Assembly (NCBI GenBank): GCA_907165135.1
Contig: OU015568.1
Coordinates: 3,906,001-3,970,000 of the forward strand
Direction: 5' to 3'
DNA length: 64,000 bases
Origin: Oikopleura dioica
Lineage: Eukaryota; Animalia; Chordata
Shown here: positions 11,985 to 25,738 of the stretch, in pieces
How the letters are laid out: the number at the start of each line of letters is the position of its first letter
How positions within the stretch are numbered: position 1 is the stretch's first letter
Translations under genes and position numbers: made by a program
Notes under the pieces: generated by a model
The model's database searches: none
Told to the model about the DNA's origin: nothing
Seen by the model: the letters and a program-made list of their open reading frames with translations, nothing else

Positions 11985-12802
11985 ATGGATTTTTTCAAGA
12001 CCCCAAGAAAACCAGCCCACCGAAGCAAGTACAGCAACTACGGCTACTACAGCCACTCAGAAGACACAGACAGTAACTCCGAAACGTACAGTAACTACAG
12101 TACCGCTGATGAAGGTAGCGAGCAGCAACTTGAGAGTGAAATGATGAGTAATCTACCGGATGTGAAGTTGAACTCGGCCTGGGACTTTTACTACACGAGA
12201 AATGATGTTGAAAATTATGAAGACAGGCTGGTTTATGTTGCGAGTTTTGAGACGGTGAAGGAATTTTGGGCGCTCTATCATCATATCAAACTTCCGGCAT
12301 ATCTACCTCAAGGTAAAAATTACAAATCTTCCACCAAATTGTACAACTTTCATACAGCCTTTTGAAGTTTTCTCTCTGTAAAACTGTCGCCTAATTATAA
12401 ATTCCCTCTTCAGGATGTGACTATATGGTCTTTCGTCAAGGAATCCGCCCAAAATGGGAAGACTCCGCCAACCGCTCAGGAGGCCGCTGGCTTTGCGAAA
12501 TTGACCGCGCTTCAAGAAACACATCCCTCAATTCAAAATGGCTCGAAACCCTCCTTGCCATCATTGGCGAGCAGCTGAACACATCGGAGATCACAGTCAA
12601 CGGGGCAGTCGTTCAGTCGAGGAGAAAGATCGACAGGATCAGCGTCTGGGTCAATTCTTCGGAAAACGGAAATGAAGTTCGCCAAACTGGGTACAAGTAC
12701 AACTCGCTCGTCAAATCCGCCCATGGGTTGAAATTCCAGAGTCACGAGGCCAACAGCAGAAGGCAAACAAATGGGCTCATGTACGAACACGTGATCCACT
12801 GA
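11985..12802 (+). CDS. EIF4E: Eukaryotic translation initiation factor 4E family protein
   Basis: LNSAWDFYY, FETVKEFWALYHHI, CDYMVFRQGIRPKWED, GGRW, WLETLLAIIGEQ, RISVW motifs; GT-AG intron 12313..12413 in phase. Confidence 0.9.
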
Positions 12803-13964
12803 AAAAACACGCTTCAAGGTCAACAACAAGCCCGTCGAAAAGACGATTATCTTCTCGCTTGTTTTTCTGCTCTAATTCTCATCTGCTGATGTTTTTCTGT
12901 GCATTTCGTTGTCTCGTCTCAACTCTTCTTTTTCTTCCAAAGGTTAAATATTTGTTAAACTAAAAGCTCTTATTGAGAATGCTCTGTCAAATAAGCGGTC
13001 AATAAAAAGGATAAAAGAAAATTGTGTTTCTAAATTGTTGATTAAAAATTCTTTTTTTGAGCATTCACAACAGACCATTTTGAATATTCGACCATATTTT
13101 TATTCTAAATGATGTTATTACAGTGCAATTTTGGGGCGGATAAATACAGACGGTCAAGAAAGAAACGTTCACTTTTTTGATGAGACTTTTACTTGTTATT
13201 TTTTCTTTCGCAAAGGCTTTTTCGATCTACGACCTCGATCAATGGACGAACGATTGTATGGAAGGTAAAATTGATAGAATAAAAATTATGGAGTCCTTAC
13301 AGTTTTACAGTAAGAATGAGACGGTTAACAAATGAGATAGAGTCATTCGACTTCGGAAGGACCCAAATGAGATGCGATTTGTTTCTTGAGCTTTATTTAT
13401 ATGGCTCGGAATTGAGCAATGAATCTGTTAAAATATGAAAACATCACTGTAAGACTAGTTCAATTTTTATATCAATTTTATAAAACAGCAAATATATAAT
13501 TTATGATGCTTTATTTCAAATCTTCGTTTTGCTTAAAATATAAAAACCGTCGAACCCGTGAATTTCGGGTAAAAAGTGAATCTTCCCAAAGTCAATTTAT
13601 GCCTAACTCGATGTTTTTTATCTGGAGCGTTTCTTTTTCTTCTTCCATGAAGGAAATCTTCGAAAAGCTCTTGATTTCCTTCAAAGTTTGACAAACCAAT
13701 AAAAATAACGACGCCAATAAATCTGTAAATAAAATCAAATGAAATTGCATTATTCTTCTTGGAGTCTTATAAATAGTGAGCATGTTCCGGAATGACGAAA
13801 TTCCGGCCGGTAACTACTTTAAAAGCGAAAGAAGCCGATGACCCAAAGGTGTGGCCCGCGAAATCCATGTCTATTGTTGAACAAACCAGGCCCCCTCCCT
13901 AAGCCAATTCAGAAATGCCGACCCTTAGTTAGATTCCCTTAATTGTTATCATTCTGCGGTTGTC

Positions 13965-15223
13965 ATGAAACTCGCAACATTTTTGTCGTTTTTTGCCGCG
14001 ACGGCTTTTGCAGCACTTTCGAATAATACGAATAATCCAAATGGATACGATCCGCTCTTCGACTGGAATATCGTCAACGACAATGAGTATCTCAAAGAGT
14101 ATAATGTGACGTACACGGATTTGATCAACAAGCCGATTCAGTTGTGGATCTGGATACAAGCTGTTTGGATGCAAGGTAATGCTAAATTCTTTTTAGAGAG
14201 TAGAAAACGAAAAACTAATTGAAAGATGTCAGCCAACATGGCTTTTTGAAAATTTTTGAATGACAAAGAAAATCGTAATCTTATGGTTTTGCTTGGAAAT
14301 TATAACGAAGTAACTTTCTTAGAGGTTTTTCTTCATAGGGCAGGTTTGGTATCAACTCTCAGAGCAATACGGAAACGGTTGGGTCGAGAAATTCTCTCGT
14401 GAAAATGTCGACTCGCGCTGTATGATCAACTGGGCGCGGGATATGGAAGTCATCGTTGAAGAATTCATGGGTAGGCTCCGTTAAAAAAATCCACATTTCA
14501 CCTCACTTTTTCAGCAATCGTCGAGTTCAGCATTGAAGACTGGGCACAGTTGCTCTACCCTGCTCCTTGCTGCATGTATGATCCGGATGAGATTCGAGCT
14601 TTGTACCTGGTTCCGTATCAAGAAGCGATTACGAAGGTTCTCGCTTGGTCAGGAGAGTGGACTTATCGATACTGGGAGATGCTTTTTGGATACAACGGAT
14701 GGGTTGAAGTTGGACAAGGATGGGTTGTTAAGTGGGAGACCGATTTTGAGGTGAGAAAGAAATTAATTTTGGTCAGGATTTCAATTTTTTTATTATACTT
14801 AATCCATAACAGATGGAAGAAAAATAATGATATTTTCTTGAAAAAACCATACTTATGGTCTTCTTTAGTAAAAAAAAATTCAGTGGCATAAACTTTCTGA
14901 CGTCACGCACTATCTACGAGTCTGGGTTGCTGATCTTGAACGACACTCATTCTGGAGCATCGAAGCTTGGGAAGGTACTCTTCCTTGATTTCCGACAAAA
15001 CAGCAACTACTCTTTTCTAGACATCATCTGCGGTCCCCGAGAGGAAATAACCGGAACATGCACTTGGAAGACGGTTGATGGAAAAGCAGTCGCGAAGGAT
15101 GTTTTCCACGTTTTGGACATTTTGGTCGACAAGCTCGATGAAACCTTGCAGTGGTTCTCGCTTGTCATTGGAAACATTATCGATGCGACTGCGAACAAAA
15201 ATGATCCAAATGAGAAAATATAG
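13965..15223 (+). CDS. Secreted Trp-rich protein of unknown function, multi-exon
   Basis: Signal peptide MKLATFLSFFAATAFA; several in-frame exons flanked by GT/AG; no family recognised. Confidence 0.5.
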
Positions 15224-15329
15224 AAATTTGACATCTAGAATGAAATAAATGTTTTGCTTGAACTTTTATTCTTTATCAAAGGTGACTAAAAGTGGGTCTA
15301 AGGTTTGGTGGTGGTGATAGTGGTAGCGG

Positions 15330-15930
15330 TAGAATTCGAATTTATTTGTATTTTAATGCATTCAAATGACTTCTTCAGTTTTGTGATCAAGAGAAGAAAA
15401 CTCCTCGCCTTGTACTACCGCACTTTTGTTAGTAGATCTCCGCACAAACTCAAATTCTTCAGCAGGATTCGCGAGGACATAGAAAACTTCATATTTATCC
15501 ATCAAAAACTCGCTTTCCCAGAGGTTGAGAAGAATTTCCTTGTGGGAATTTGTTCGCTCTGGAAGAATGTTCTGGGATCGAGTCAGAATATACCTGAATT
15601 CATGACTCATGAGGCAGCAGCATTCGTTTCTTGTACCTTAGATCTTGACAACGATCAATAGGGTCTCTCATGTTTGAAAAATCAAAAGGACAGACGTGCC
15701 GAATTCGAATTCTTCGCACTTCATTTCTGATAATCAACGCCTAGAAAATAGTCAGCATAAAAGACAATTTCCAAGGCTCACAAAAATTGAGCAAATTCCA
15801 ACAACAGCTGAGGCAGTAAACTCTAGAATCGTGAGGTGCCATGTTTCTTCAGCAAACGAGTAGTCTTCCAAGCTTAACTCGGAAATGTCATCAGATGATG
15901 GCTGATTTTCCTCAATATTTTTTCTTATTT
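15330..15930 (-). CDS. Tandem paralog B of an unknown single-pass membrane protein
   Basis: DYSFAEETWHLTILEFTASAVVG and YILTRSQNILPERTNSHKEILLNLWESEFLMDKYEVFYV blocks, paralogous to 16300-16905; ends approximate. Confidence 0.45.
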
Positions 15931-16299
15931 TACTTGCTGTCCCTAAATACCATCATGGTATTATCGTGTTTGCTCTCCGACTTATGATCAAACATCTTTA
16001 CCTTTGCTAGCTCTTCTTCCAAAAACACATTGAAAGCAAAGAAAAATCACTAATAGCTTTATCAGGAACATTTTCAAACAATTTCCTTTTCTAACTTAGT
16101 TCTCGTTTTCTGAAAGTATCTATTTTTCAGTGATTGAAACTTGACATTCGCCCTTCTTTCCTTCATATTTTCTCACCATAAAGTGAGTTGAGTCAATTTC
16201 GTGAGAAGAAACTTCGAAATCATAGTAATCTTGAACAAAAAAGAAGCATTTCAAGGAATCGTGCTTTCTTTATTTATTAGAGTTACTGTTAAGAAGATT

Positions 16300-16905
16300 C
16301 TGAGTTTTATAGATTGCTTGTTTCTTGAATCATCGCCACTTGTTTTTGCAAGGGATCTCTTTCCGCCAACGATCTTCTGACGAACTCGAACTCTTCAGCA
16401 GGATTTGACATGACGTAGAAGATTTCATATTTATCCATCAAAAATTCGCTTTCCCAGAGATTCAATAAGATCTCTTTGTGTGTCTTCGTACGCTCTGGGA
16501 GGATGTTTTGCGATCGAGTCAGAATATACCTTAATTAAGTTAGCATGGCCTACGATGGCTAACTGCTCATACCTGAGACTTTGACAGCGGTCAATTGGGT
16601 CTCTCGCATTTGAAAAGTCGAAAGGACAGACATGTTGAACTCGCATTTGTCGAATCTCATTCATAATAATAAGAGCCTAATGATAGTTTTGCGGTATTTT
16701 CAATATCGCTTGACTTTAATACCGCAATGGAAACAATACCAACAAAGAACGAAGCTGAAAACTCCAGAATCGTGAGATGCCAAGTTTCCTCAGCAAAAGA
16801 GTAATTATCTGTAGTTAATTCAAGCAAAATATCAGGAGATCCGGCTGGAGTCGATTGCTGGCTTTCGTCACCTTTCTGTTTCGAAACCGCTGAATTGAAA
16901 AGCAA
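16300..16905 (-). CDS. Tandem paralog A of an unknown single-pass membrane protein
   Basis: NYSFAEETWHLTILEFSASFFVG and YILTRSQNILPERTKTHKEILLNLWESEFLMDKYEIFYV blocks; ends approximate. Confidence 0.45.
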
Positions 16906-17389
16906 AAATCAAAGAAAATTCATTCATGTTTATCCTGACCTTTTGATCGCCTCCCTAAGACGTCTCTTAGAAAAAACATGAGAATAAGATTCATTTTAAC
17001 TTTCGACAAAAATATTTTCGAGTTGTACTTGACAAGAATTATAAGTGCGAAAATGCATTGATAAATGTCAAGCGTACTTCAGAAAAGTCATGAAAAAGTC
17101 AAGATCGAGCTTTTCCTCTCATTATTTTGACAAGAAGAATTCTCACTTGTCCTTTAGCAAAATGAAAGACTCGGGCAAATTCGAAGAAAACTAGAAACTT
17201 GCAGGTTTACATATTTTCATGACGTCATCGGTAACTCATGACATGTGCATCTCATTAGCGTTGCTTACAACCTCATCATTGCAAAACATAATTACAGCAT
17301 CGCTCATTTTACGAGGTGAAGAGCAAGAAAAAGCCCTGCCAAACATTCTTCTTCATATTCAAATCATAAAATACTTTACCAGCGAAAAG

Positions 17390-19688
17390 ATGAGCTTGCA
17401 CAGCATGCATTCCGATTCCCAGAGAAGTCACTGGACAACTGATTCTGTCGGTTTTTCTGTCGACGATCGAAATGTCGTTCGGACAGTTTCAGCCGGATCT
17501 TTTGCCCAAGAAGCTGGGCTCTCTCCGGGAGACGAGATCATATCAGTAGGGGATGAGATTATTTCGAGAAGCTCGAGCTCCAGCCATTTAATGACAGTGA
17601 TCAAAAGGCAGAATACGTTTCCGCCTTCGATTTGCGTCGTTTCGAGAGTCAAGTTCTCGACGCTATTTGTCGGGGAAAATGAAGAAATGGGAATTGAAGT
17701 CGAAGAATTTTTCGAATCAGAGATCGAAGAAGCGAAGAACACTCCTGCCATCCGTAAGTCCTTTTCAATTCAAGATGTCCTGAAGTTTACTTTTTAGTGT
17801 TGAAATCTGTAGAGAAATACAGCCCTGCATACCGAGCAAATCTTCGTGCTGGGGATCAACTGACTCATATGTAAGCTTATGAATGTGGATTTGTTTCTAG
17901 CGATTTTTAGCGGAGGATTGACAGTAAATACAGTCGATTTGGTGCCGTATATGCTCAGGCAACACTCCAAAGGCGGCACTCTTATCCTTGGTAAGTCTAC
18001 GTTTTCATCTTTTTCTTTCTAAAATGAAGGCTATCTCCCTGCAACTCGACCGGATTACAGAAGAAGTTCTCTGCCTAAAAATCTCGGGGACCTGAGTCAA
18101 AACGGCATTCTCCACCTTCTTTCTGAAGGTCGCGATAGTCGGTCAACGATCAAACTGGCGAAGGAGATTCTAGCGATGATCGAGAAATACCGAAAGAATC
18201 AAGACCACGTAGAGCTACTGACGAAAGTCAATCCTAAATTGGCGACGCATCCGAAACGGAGGGAGGTAGTGCAGAGGATCATCGAGTTTTTACCGGAAAA
18301 TGAAAGGGAGCTGTGGCAAAGAATTCACGAAAGGAGGGATATCGAAGAATCGAAAGAAGATCCGAGCGTTTATTCAAGGATTTATGAATATATTTCTTAT
18401 ATTATTAACATATCTTATTAAAATCTTATTAAAATAAGGCCAAATAATGGGTTAAATCCTCTTAAAGCTCGAAAACAAGTACCAAAGCGTCATCGACGTT
18501 CCCTACCAAACTGAAGACGGACTACGCCTAGCTTTCCAAGTCGCCCAAGCTTATCGCGAAGAAAATCACGAGAAAATCCAACTCTACGGGCAGGAACTCT
18601 GCGAGGTTCTTTCCAACTATCCCGATTTGTACGACTTGATCTGGGACGAGATCAGTTATTTGATGGGCCGAGAAGCAGCCGCGGATATTCAAGGATTCTA
18701 CCCGAACAAAATTGAGATAATTTTAAAGAAAGAAGAAGCTGCAGAGCCGGAGAAAATCCCCCTCACTTTGAAAACGCTCCACTATCCCCTCAAGGTTCGT
18801 TTCCTCTATTATTTTCTCGATCAAGAATTCAATGAAAGGTGAATGAGATGGTAGACCTTTTCAATCGCTCTCCAGAACGCGAAATTATCGACGCCGTCCT
18901 CATCGCCGATGAGTCAACGACGAAAGCAGATCTTGAAATTCTCTGGAAGCTGGTCAACAACAACGAAATCCTAGAAACGCTGACCTGCAGGACTTCAAAA
19001 GCCTTTAGGGTTCGAATCGAGCGCTTCAGAAAATATCTCCAAAAGTTTCCTCTTTTGAAGAAAAAGTCCTCCTAAGTACGCCCCCATTGTATTCATTTCT
19101 AAAATTTCTAGTGCTCCATCGTTACTATTTCGAAGATCTTTCCGATCAGCTCTTGGCAGATTTGAACTATACCTATCGAGTAGTTAAAGAAATAAGCGAC
19201 TTTCAAAAGCATTTGGCTCCCGGGGTGGAAGAAACAGCGAAAATGCTCAGAAAGACTTCAGATTTACATCGATTTTGCCGAACTAGGCAGAATCTGACAA
19301 TAAGGTACCCTCCTTTATAGAATGTAGCATAATTTTTGAAGAAAAATGAAGGTAAAAGACGAAGAAGCCCGACGAAAACTCAACAAAATTGTAAAACTCG
19401 ACCGATCGCAAAAGTAAAGTTACCCCCAAAGTCATTAAAAAAAGCACCTAACGAAATTCTAGCAATCAACTTTTCAAACAAACTCTGAACGATTTCCTAA
19501 ATGCCTCAAAGCAAAAATTAGATGCAATTCTACTTCTTCAACTTCGGATTCAAACTTCTATGGACAAAAGAAGCCTCTTTCAATTTTGTGAAGGTGAATT
19601 TCAGAAGTAAAATTATACATACAGAGAAAAAATTTCAGATAATAAACGAGTACTAGAAGACGCTCTCGAAAGATATTCTGATAACTGA
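17390..19688 (+). CDS. Two-PDZ-domain protein, possibly divergent delphilin (GRID2IP)-like with degenerate FH2
   Basis: PDZ-like segments (VRTVSAGSFAQEAGLSPGDEIISV; SPAYRANLRAGDQLTH), then helical domains over many short exons; FH2 assignment weak. Confidence 0.4.
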
Positions 19689-19860
19689 AAACAGTAAGAA
19701 AAAATCGCTTGAATTCTTAACTAAATAAATAAATTACGACGGGTAGAATCAAAATTGATGCTGTATTAGTTGCGAATTGAAAGACAGGAAGATTGAAATT
19801 GAGGCAAATGGTAATAGTGGAAGAATCAGAGAGCGAGTAAAATAATATTCGGTAACTTGC

Positions 19861-20721
19861 TTAATTCTGAGGCTTCCAAGTTCCCAGGCGAATTCCATAC
19901 TCTGAGTTGTCGTATGTTGATCCATCTTCGGAGATGTTCTCCGAAGAAACGCCGATTCGGAGGGGAAGTTCGGCGTAGTCTGGGTCTTTTTCCTGCTTGA
20001 AAACCTGAAAAATAATTTTCTAGGGAACATTTCTTTCATTTACCTTGAAAGCAGATCGCCTGGAAGTATCAGAAAGCGGATTCGGCGGCGTCAAAAACGA
20101 CTTTCTCTCGATCGAATTGAACCTTCCGCCACCAACTGGCATCCCTGTGGCGCGAAAATATCCATTGTTAACGTTTCTCGAGATCTTCGAAATTTGGGCG
20201 TAGGATTGTTTGATCGGCGGGATTTCTAGCGCTTCGGGAGGAGTTGGCCAAGATTCCATCGGAGATTCGTCGGTTTCGAAAGTTGGACTGCGATTCTGGC
20301 GTTTTCGGGCATTTTCGTGGGAGGAAATTTGATGGTGCATGTTTTCTGGCGTTTCTAGCGCTGGTGTGTCTAACAAATGATTCTCAGACAATAATAAAGA
20401 GGTAAAGTTACCTAATGAAATATCTCCTTCGATTTCTGACAAATCCAGCTGCTGGCTTGGCCGGTCTTTTGAAAACGAAATCAGCTTCTTGTCGCAGAAA
20501 AAGCTCGGAAGGCCAAAAATGAAATTGAAAATGAATCCAAAATCCGCCCAAACTGCGATGAACAGAATCGCCAAGCCGAAAAGAGCACCGTACAGGGCTT
20601 GCGACAGTGCCCAATCGGGATTATCTGATAAAAGTTATTAGGAAATATTTCGAGAAGAAAATCACGAACCGTCGAGATATTTGAAGAAGATCAAAAAGTC
20701 CGAAAACGGCGCATTCGTCAT
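19861..20721 (-). CDS. Small membrane protein with Tyr-motif cytoplasmic tail
   Basis: Hydrophobic segment (LYGALFGLAILFIAVWADFGFIF), low-complexity tail, terminal exon with DYAEL and YDNSEY. Confidence 0.35.
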
Positions 20722-21244
20722 TCTCTTTTCTTTCTTTCTTTGCTTCTTAGTTTTCTCTCATCTTCTCTTCAAATTTTTCTTTATATAAAAAATCGCGAAA
20801 AAATCTGCGTGCCGATGACAAAAAGTGAAGAATGATTCACCAGCTGTAAAAAAGAAGAATGACTCATACCAGCGCGCGCTCGTATTTTTATTAAAATAGC
20901 ATTTTTTTCTGTCAAAAAGAGGATAAAGAAGAAGAAGAAGAATGATTTCTAGAGCCTCGAGAATGACACATATCAGAGTTCTGAAAAGACTTTCTGGGAA
21001 CTGGTGAAAAATTTTTTCTAGCGCGAAAAATTGCGATTTTCTTCTATTTTACCCGGATTTTCATGTTCCAAATGATTTTTCGGATCGAAAATGAAGTTTT
21101 GAGACAAAAATTTTTAGAGAAAACCGCCATTTTTCACGTGAACGAGTCTCGAGAATGTTGAAAATTTTCATCATTCCAGTAGGCGTTTTACCTTTTTCAA
21201 GTTCGAAAATATGAATTCTCAAAAGAGATTATCTTGATTTTAGA

Positions 21245-24200
21245 ATGAGTGACTACTTTCAGCTGAAAGTAGCGGCGGCAGAGGCGATTACAGTCAAACT
21301 TGAAGGAAAGAGTGATGAAAAATTTTCAAAATTCTCCTTTTTCAAATCTAATTTTTTGATTTTCCAAATTTTCATCACGAAAAAGCCTCGAAATCGGCGG
21401 AAAATGCTCCCTCCGTGGCAAAGATCCTCTCACTCGTCCAGGACTCCTCGATCGAAAAACAGGCTCAAATCCTCAACTATGAAAGCTTATCCGACCAGCA
21501 CTTGCTTCCACTGGTAGAAAACCTTACTCAACCGCTCAGTGGCAAAATGAAATACGAAGAAAAAGTTTACAATCAAAATCTTGAGGATTTTATGAAGCAT
21601 TGTCAAGCTCTTGAAAAGGTAAAATATGCTTGTATTTTTTTTTTTGAAATCTTTTTTTTTATTTTTAGTGCACAGTATTGAAAATAATAAATATTTCATA
21701 TAAAATATTTCAAATAAAATTTTCAATGTAATTATACCATTTATAGCTTCATTTTATCGTATAACGTTTATATTCTCTTTTGTCGGCAGTTCATCTTTCT
21801 AGGCAAATTATTTAAATTCACGAAAGTATGTTTTTATATGATTAAGACATTTTATGATTTGATTTTCGTCATTCTTCGGCTTTTATATATTCACAAAATT
21901 CGACAGGAAGATGGCGCTTTTGTCAGCTGACACATCCAAGTTTCGTTATCTAACTACTGATCGATCCTTTGAGCGCATATTCCCAAGAAGATAAGTATCT
22001 TCTTGCCTAATTTTTCAAGCGTTTTTATATTTTTCAGAATCTTTTGTTTTCAGATCCCACACTTTTGGGTCAGATCAAAAAGCAAATGCTTGAATATAAT
22101 TATATTTGGCCGCAAGCGGATTTTCTTTTTCGAACACCTCCAATTCTTAAACTATCATTTTTAGATACTCGGAGAAAACTACCTCCTTGGCGAGGAATTA
22201 TCTGTTGCGGACACCACTCTTGCGGCTTGCTTAAAACCTGCATTTGAAAACCTCTTCGGCAAATCAGAGCGTGAAGCGCTACCAAAGCTCACGAACTGGT
22301 ACTCCTCTCTCATGAAAAACGACAAGCTGAAGAAGCACTTCAAAGTTAACTTTATTGAAAATCGAAAAGTATTCGACGCGGCCGAATTGGAAAAGAAGCT
22401 CGCAAAGGAAGCCGAAAAAGCGCGAAAGAAGGCCGAAAAAGAAGCAAAATTCGCAGCGAAAAAAGCCGCAGCTGCCGCGGCTAAAAAGGACAAACCAGCG
22501 AAGGCCGCTGCAAAGAAAGAAGAGAAACCAGCAAAGGCCGCTGCGCCAGAGGTGGTTACCTACACGGAAGGGACTGCAAAAGGCGATAAGAAATCGACTA
22601 CTTGCGAGCTTCCAAAAGCTTATTCTCCGAAATATGTCGAAGCCGCCTGGTCCGAATGGTGGGAGAAACAGGGCTTTTACAAGCCAGAGTATGGCCGCGA
22701 AAACGTTTACGCAGATAATCCAAAGGGTCACTTCACGATCATGATTCCCCCACCAAATGTAACTGGAACTCTTCATCTTGGGCACGCGCTCACTCTCGCT
22801 GTCGAAGACTGCATCACCCGCTGGCATCGAATGAACGGTAAAACAGTCCTTTGGAATCCAGGCTGTGATCACGCTGGTATCGCCACTCAAGTCGTTGTTG
22901 AAAAGCGATTGAAGAAGGAGCGCAACATCACGAGGCACCAGCTCGGCAGAGATGCCTTCGTCGACGAGGTGTGGAAGTGGAAGAACGAGAAGGGCGACAC
23001 GATTTACAACCAGATCCGTGCGATGGGAGCTTCTGTCGATTGGGACAGAGCGGCTTTCACCATGGACCCGAAGCTCTACAAAGCTGTTCAAACTGCCTTC
23101 ATCCGATTTCACAAAAACGGCACGATCTTCCGCTCCAATCGTTTGGTCAATTGGTCATGTGCCCTCCAATCCGCCATTTCCAATATCGAGGTCGATCAAA
23201 AGGAGCTTGAGGGGCGAACTCTCCTTCCCGTCCCTGGCTACCCGGAAAAGGTCGAATTCGGTGTCCTCATCAGCTTCTCATACAAGCTTGAAGATGGCAG
23301 AACAATCACCGTAGCTACCACTCGTATTGAAACGATGCTTGGTGACGTTGCCGTAGCCGTTCATCCCATGGACGAGCGATACTCCGATTTTGTGGGCAAG
23401 AAGCTCGTGCATCCCTTCATCCCCGATCGGGAAATGACTATCATCGCCGACGACTACGTCAAGATGGACTTTGGTACCGGCGCTGTCAAGATCACCCCCG
23501 CTCATGATCACAACGATAATGACATGGGCAAGCGACACAACCTTCCACAGATCAACATTTTCGACGACAACGGGCTCGTAGTTGGCACTGGCACAAAATA
23601 TGACGGAATGAAGCGATTCGATGTGCGAAAACAGATCGTTGAAGACCTCAAGGAGATCGGACAATACGTTGGAACAGAGGACAATCCAATGGTGGTTCCT
23701 GTTTGTTCCCGATCCAAGGACATCATTGAACCGCTGCTCAAACCACAGTGGTACGTCGACACAGATGCCATGGCGAAACGAGCTTGCGATGTTGTGACGA
23801 ACAAAGAGCTGAAGATCATCCCAGACAGTCACGAAAAGACCTGGTTCCGTTGGCTCGAGGACTCGCGACCGTGGTGCATTTCCCGACAGCTTTGGTGGGG
23901 ACATCGAATCCCAGCGTATAAGGCGACCATGACCGGAGAACACAAGTCATTCCCGAATGAAGAAGACTACTGGGTCTGCGGAATTACTGAGGAGGAAGCT
24001 CTTGCAGCGGCTGTTGAGAAATTCGAGTGCGGAAAAGATCAGATTTCACTCGAACAGGACCCTGATGTCCTTGATACCTGGTTTTCTTCGGCACTGTTTC
24101 CTTTCTCCGCCTTTGGCTGGCCAGATGAGAATCCTGAACTCTCGCGTTTCTTCCCTGGCGAGCTGCTTGAAACAGGACACGATATTCTCTTCTTCTGGGT

Positions 24201-25738
24201 GGCCAGAATGGTCATGTTCTCCCTCTCCCTCTGCGACAAGCTCCCATTCAAGGAGGTCTACCTCCACGCTATGGTCAGAGACGCGCATGGGCGAAAAATG
24301 TCCAAGTCCCTCGGAAACGTCATCGATCCTCGCGATGTCATCAACGGAGTTACGCTCAAGAAGCTTCAAGAATCGCTTCTGTCCGGAAATCTTGACGCGA
24401 AAGAGATCAAGAAGGCCCAAGACGGTCAAGCAGCTGATTATCCCGATGGAATTCCAGAGTGTGGAACTGATGCGTTGAGATTCGCCCTCTGTGCTTACAC
24501 AAGTCAGGGAAGAGATATCAATTTGGATGTCAAGCGGGTCGAGGGTTACAGAAAGTTTTGTAACAAGCTCTGGAATGCTATCAGGTAGTAAAAAATCTGT
24601 TGCACGCGTATTTATTCATTCCAGATTCGCGCAAATGCAGCTCGGCGACGACTTCGTTCCATCAAAGGATGTTCTCGAAAGCAAGACTGGAATCGACAAG
24701 TGGATTCTCTCCCGACTTGCGAATTGCGTTGAGCAATGCACGAGCGGATTCAAGAACTACGACTTCCCAGCCATCACCACTGCCATTTACAATTTCTGGT
24801 TGTACGAACTCTGCGATGTCTATCTTGAGACTGTCAAGCCGGTAAGTCCCTGTCATATGTGTTGTTTTGAATAGGGCCCCTTCAGATAATGTGGGGAGAC
24901 ATTGGAGATGCATCAACAAAACGCGCTGCTCAAGAAACGCTCTACACATGTCTCGACGTCGCTCTCAAACTGTCGGCTCCTTTCATGCCATATGTAACGG
25001 AAGAGCTTTGGCAGCGACTGCCAAGAAGAGCTGGCGACGCTACTCCCTCTATTCACGTCGCTAGTTATCCAGATCCAACTGCTTTCAAGGTAAATCAAGT
25101 CGACAGAATATTTATCATCGATGATTTCAGCGAGACGAAGCCACGGAATCCGACATCGCGCTAATGATGAATGTCGTCAAGCAAGTGCGATCACTCCGTG
25201 GCGAGTACAAGCTGACCAACAAGCAAAAGACAAAGACCTTCTTGGAAGTCAAGAGCGACGCCTCGAAGCAGGTCCTGGATAGCTACTCAGATTTCATCCG
25301 AGTGTTGTCCAACGCGGAAGAAATCGCTTTTACGAAGGACATTCCAGCCGGCTGCGTACTCACCGTTGTTAACGACGATGTCAATGCTCATCTTTTGTTG
25401 AAGGCATTGGTTTAATTACAATGAATTAATTATCAAAAATATTTACGATCTTTCTTTATTATCCATAAAACAGGGAGTCATTGATTTCGAAAAAGAAGTC
25501 GTCAAGATGGAAAAGTCTCGAAAGGGAATCGAAAACAAAATTTCTTCCCAGGAAAAGAAGATGAGCGCCAAAGACTACGCAACGAAAGTACCAGAAGCTG
25601 TCCAAGCAGCGGATAAAGAAAAGATCGAAAGGTACAGCTCGGTGTGTGAATCATTTTTGATCCCTTTTTTTCAGTCTACGAATTGAGCTATCGGAGATGG
25701 ATAAGGCAATTGAAGGAATTAAGAAAATGCTGATATAA
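21245..25738 (+). CDS. VARS1: Valine--tRNA ligase (cytosolic) with N-terminal GST-like domain
   Basis: [13 protein letters not shown] (HIGH), [28 protein letters not shown]; GST-C-like [11 protein letters not shown] exon from 22165; introns include GC-AG 25404..25473; stop 25736-25738. Confidence 0.95.
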
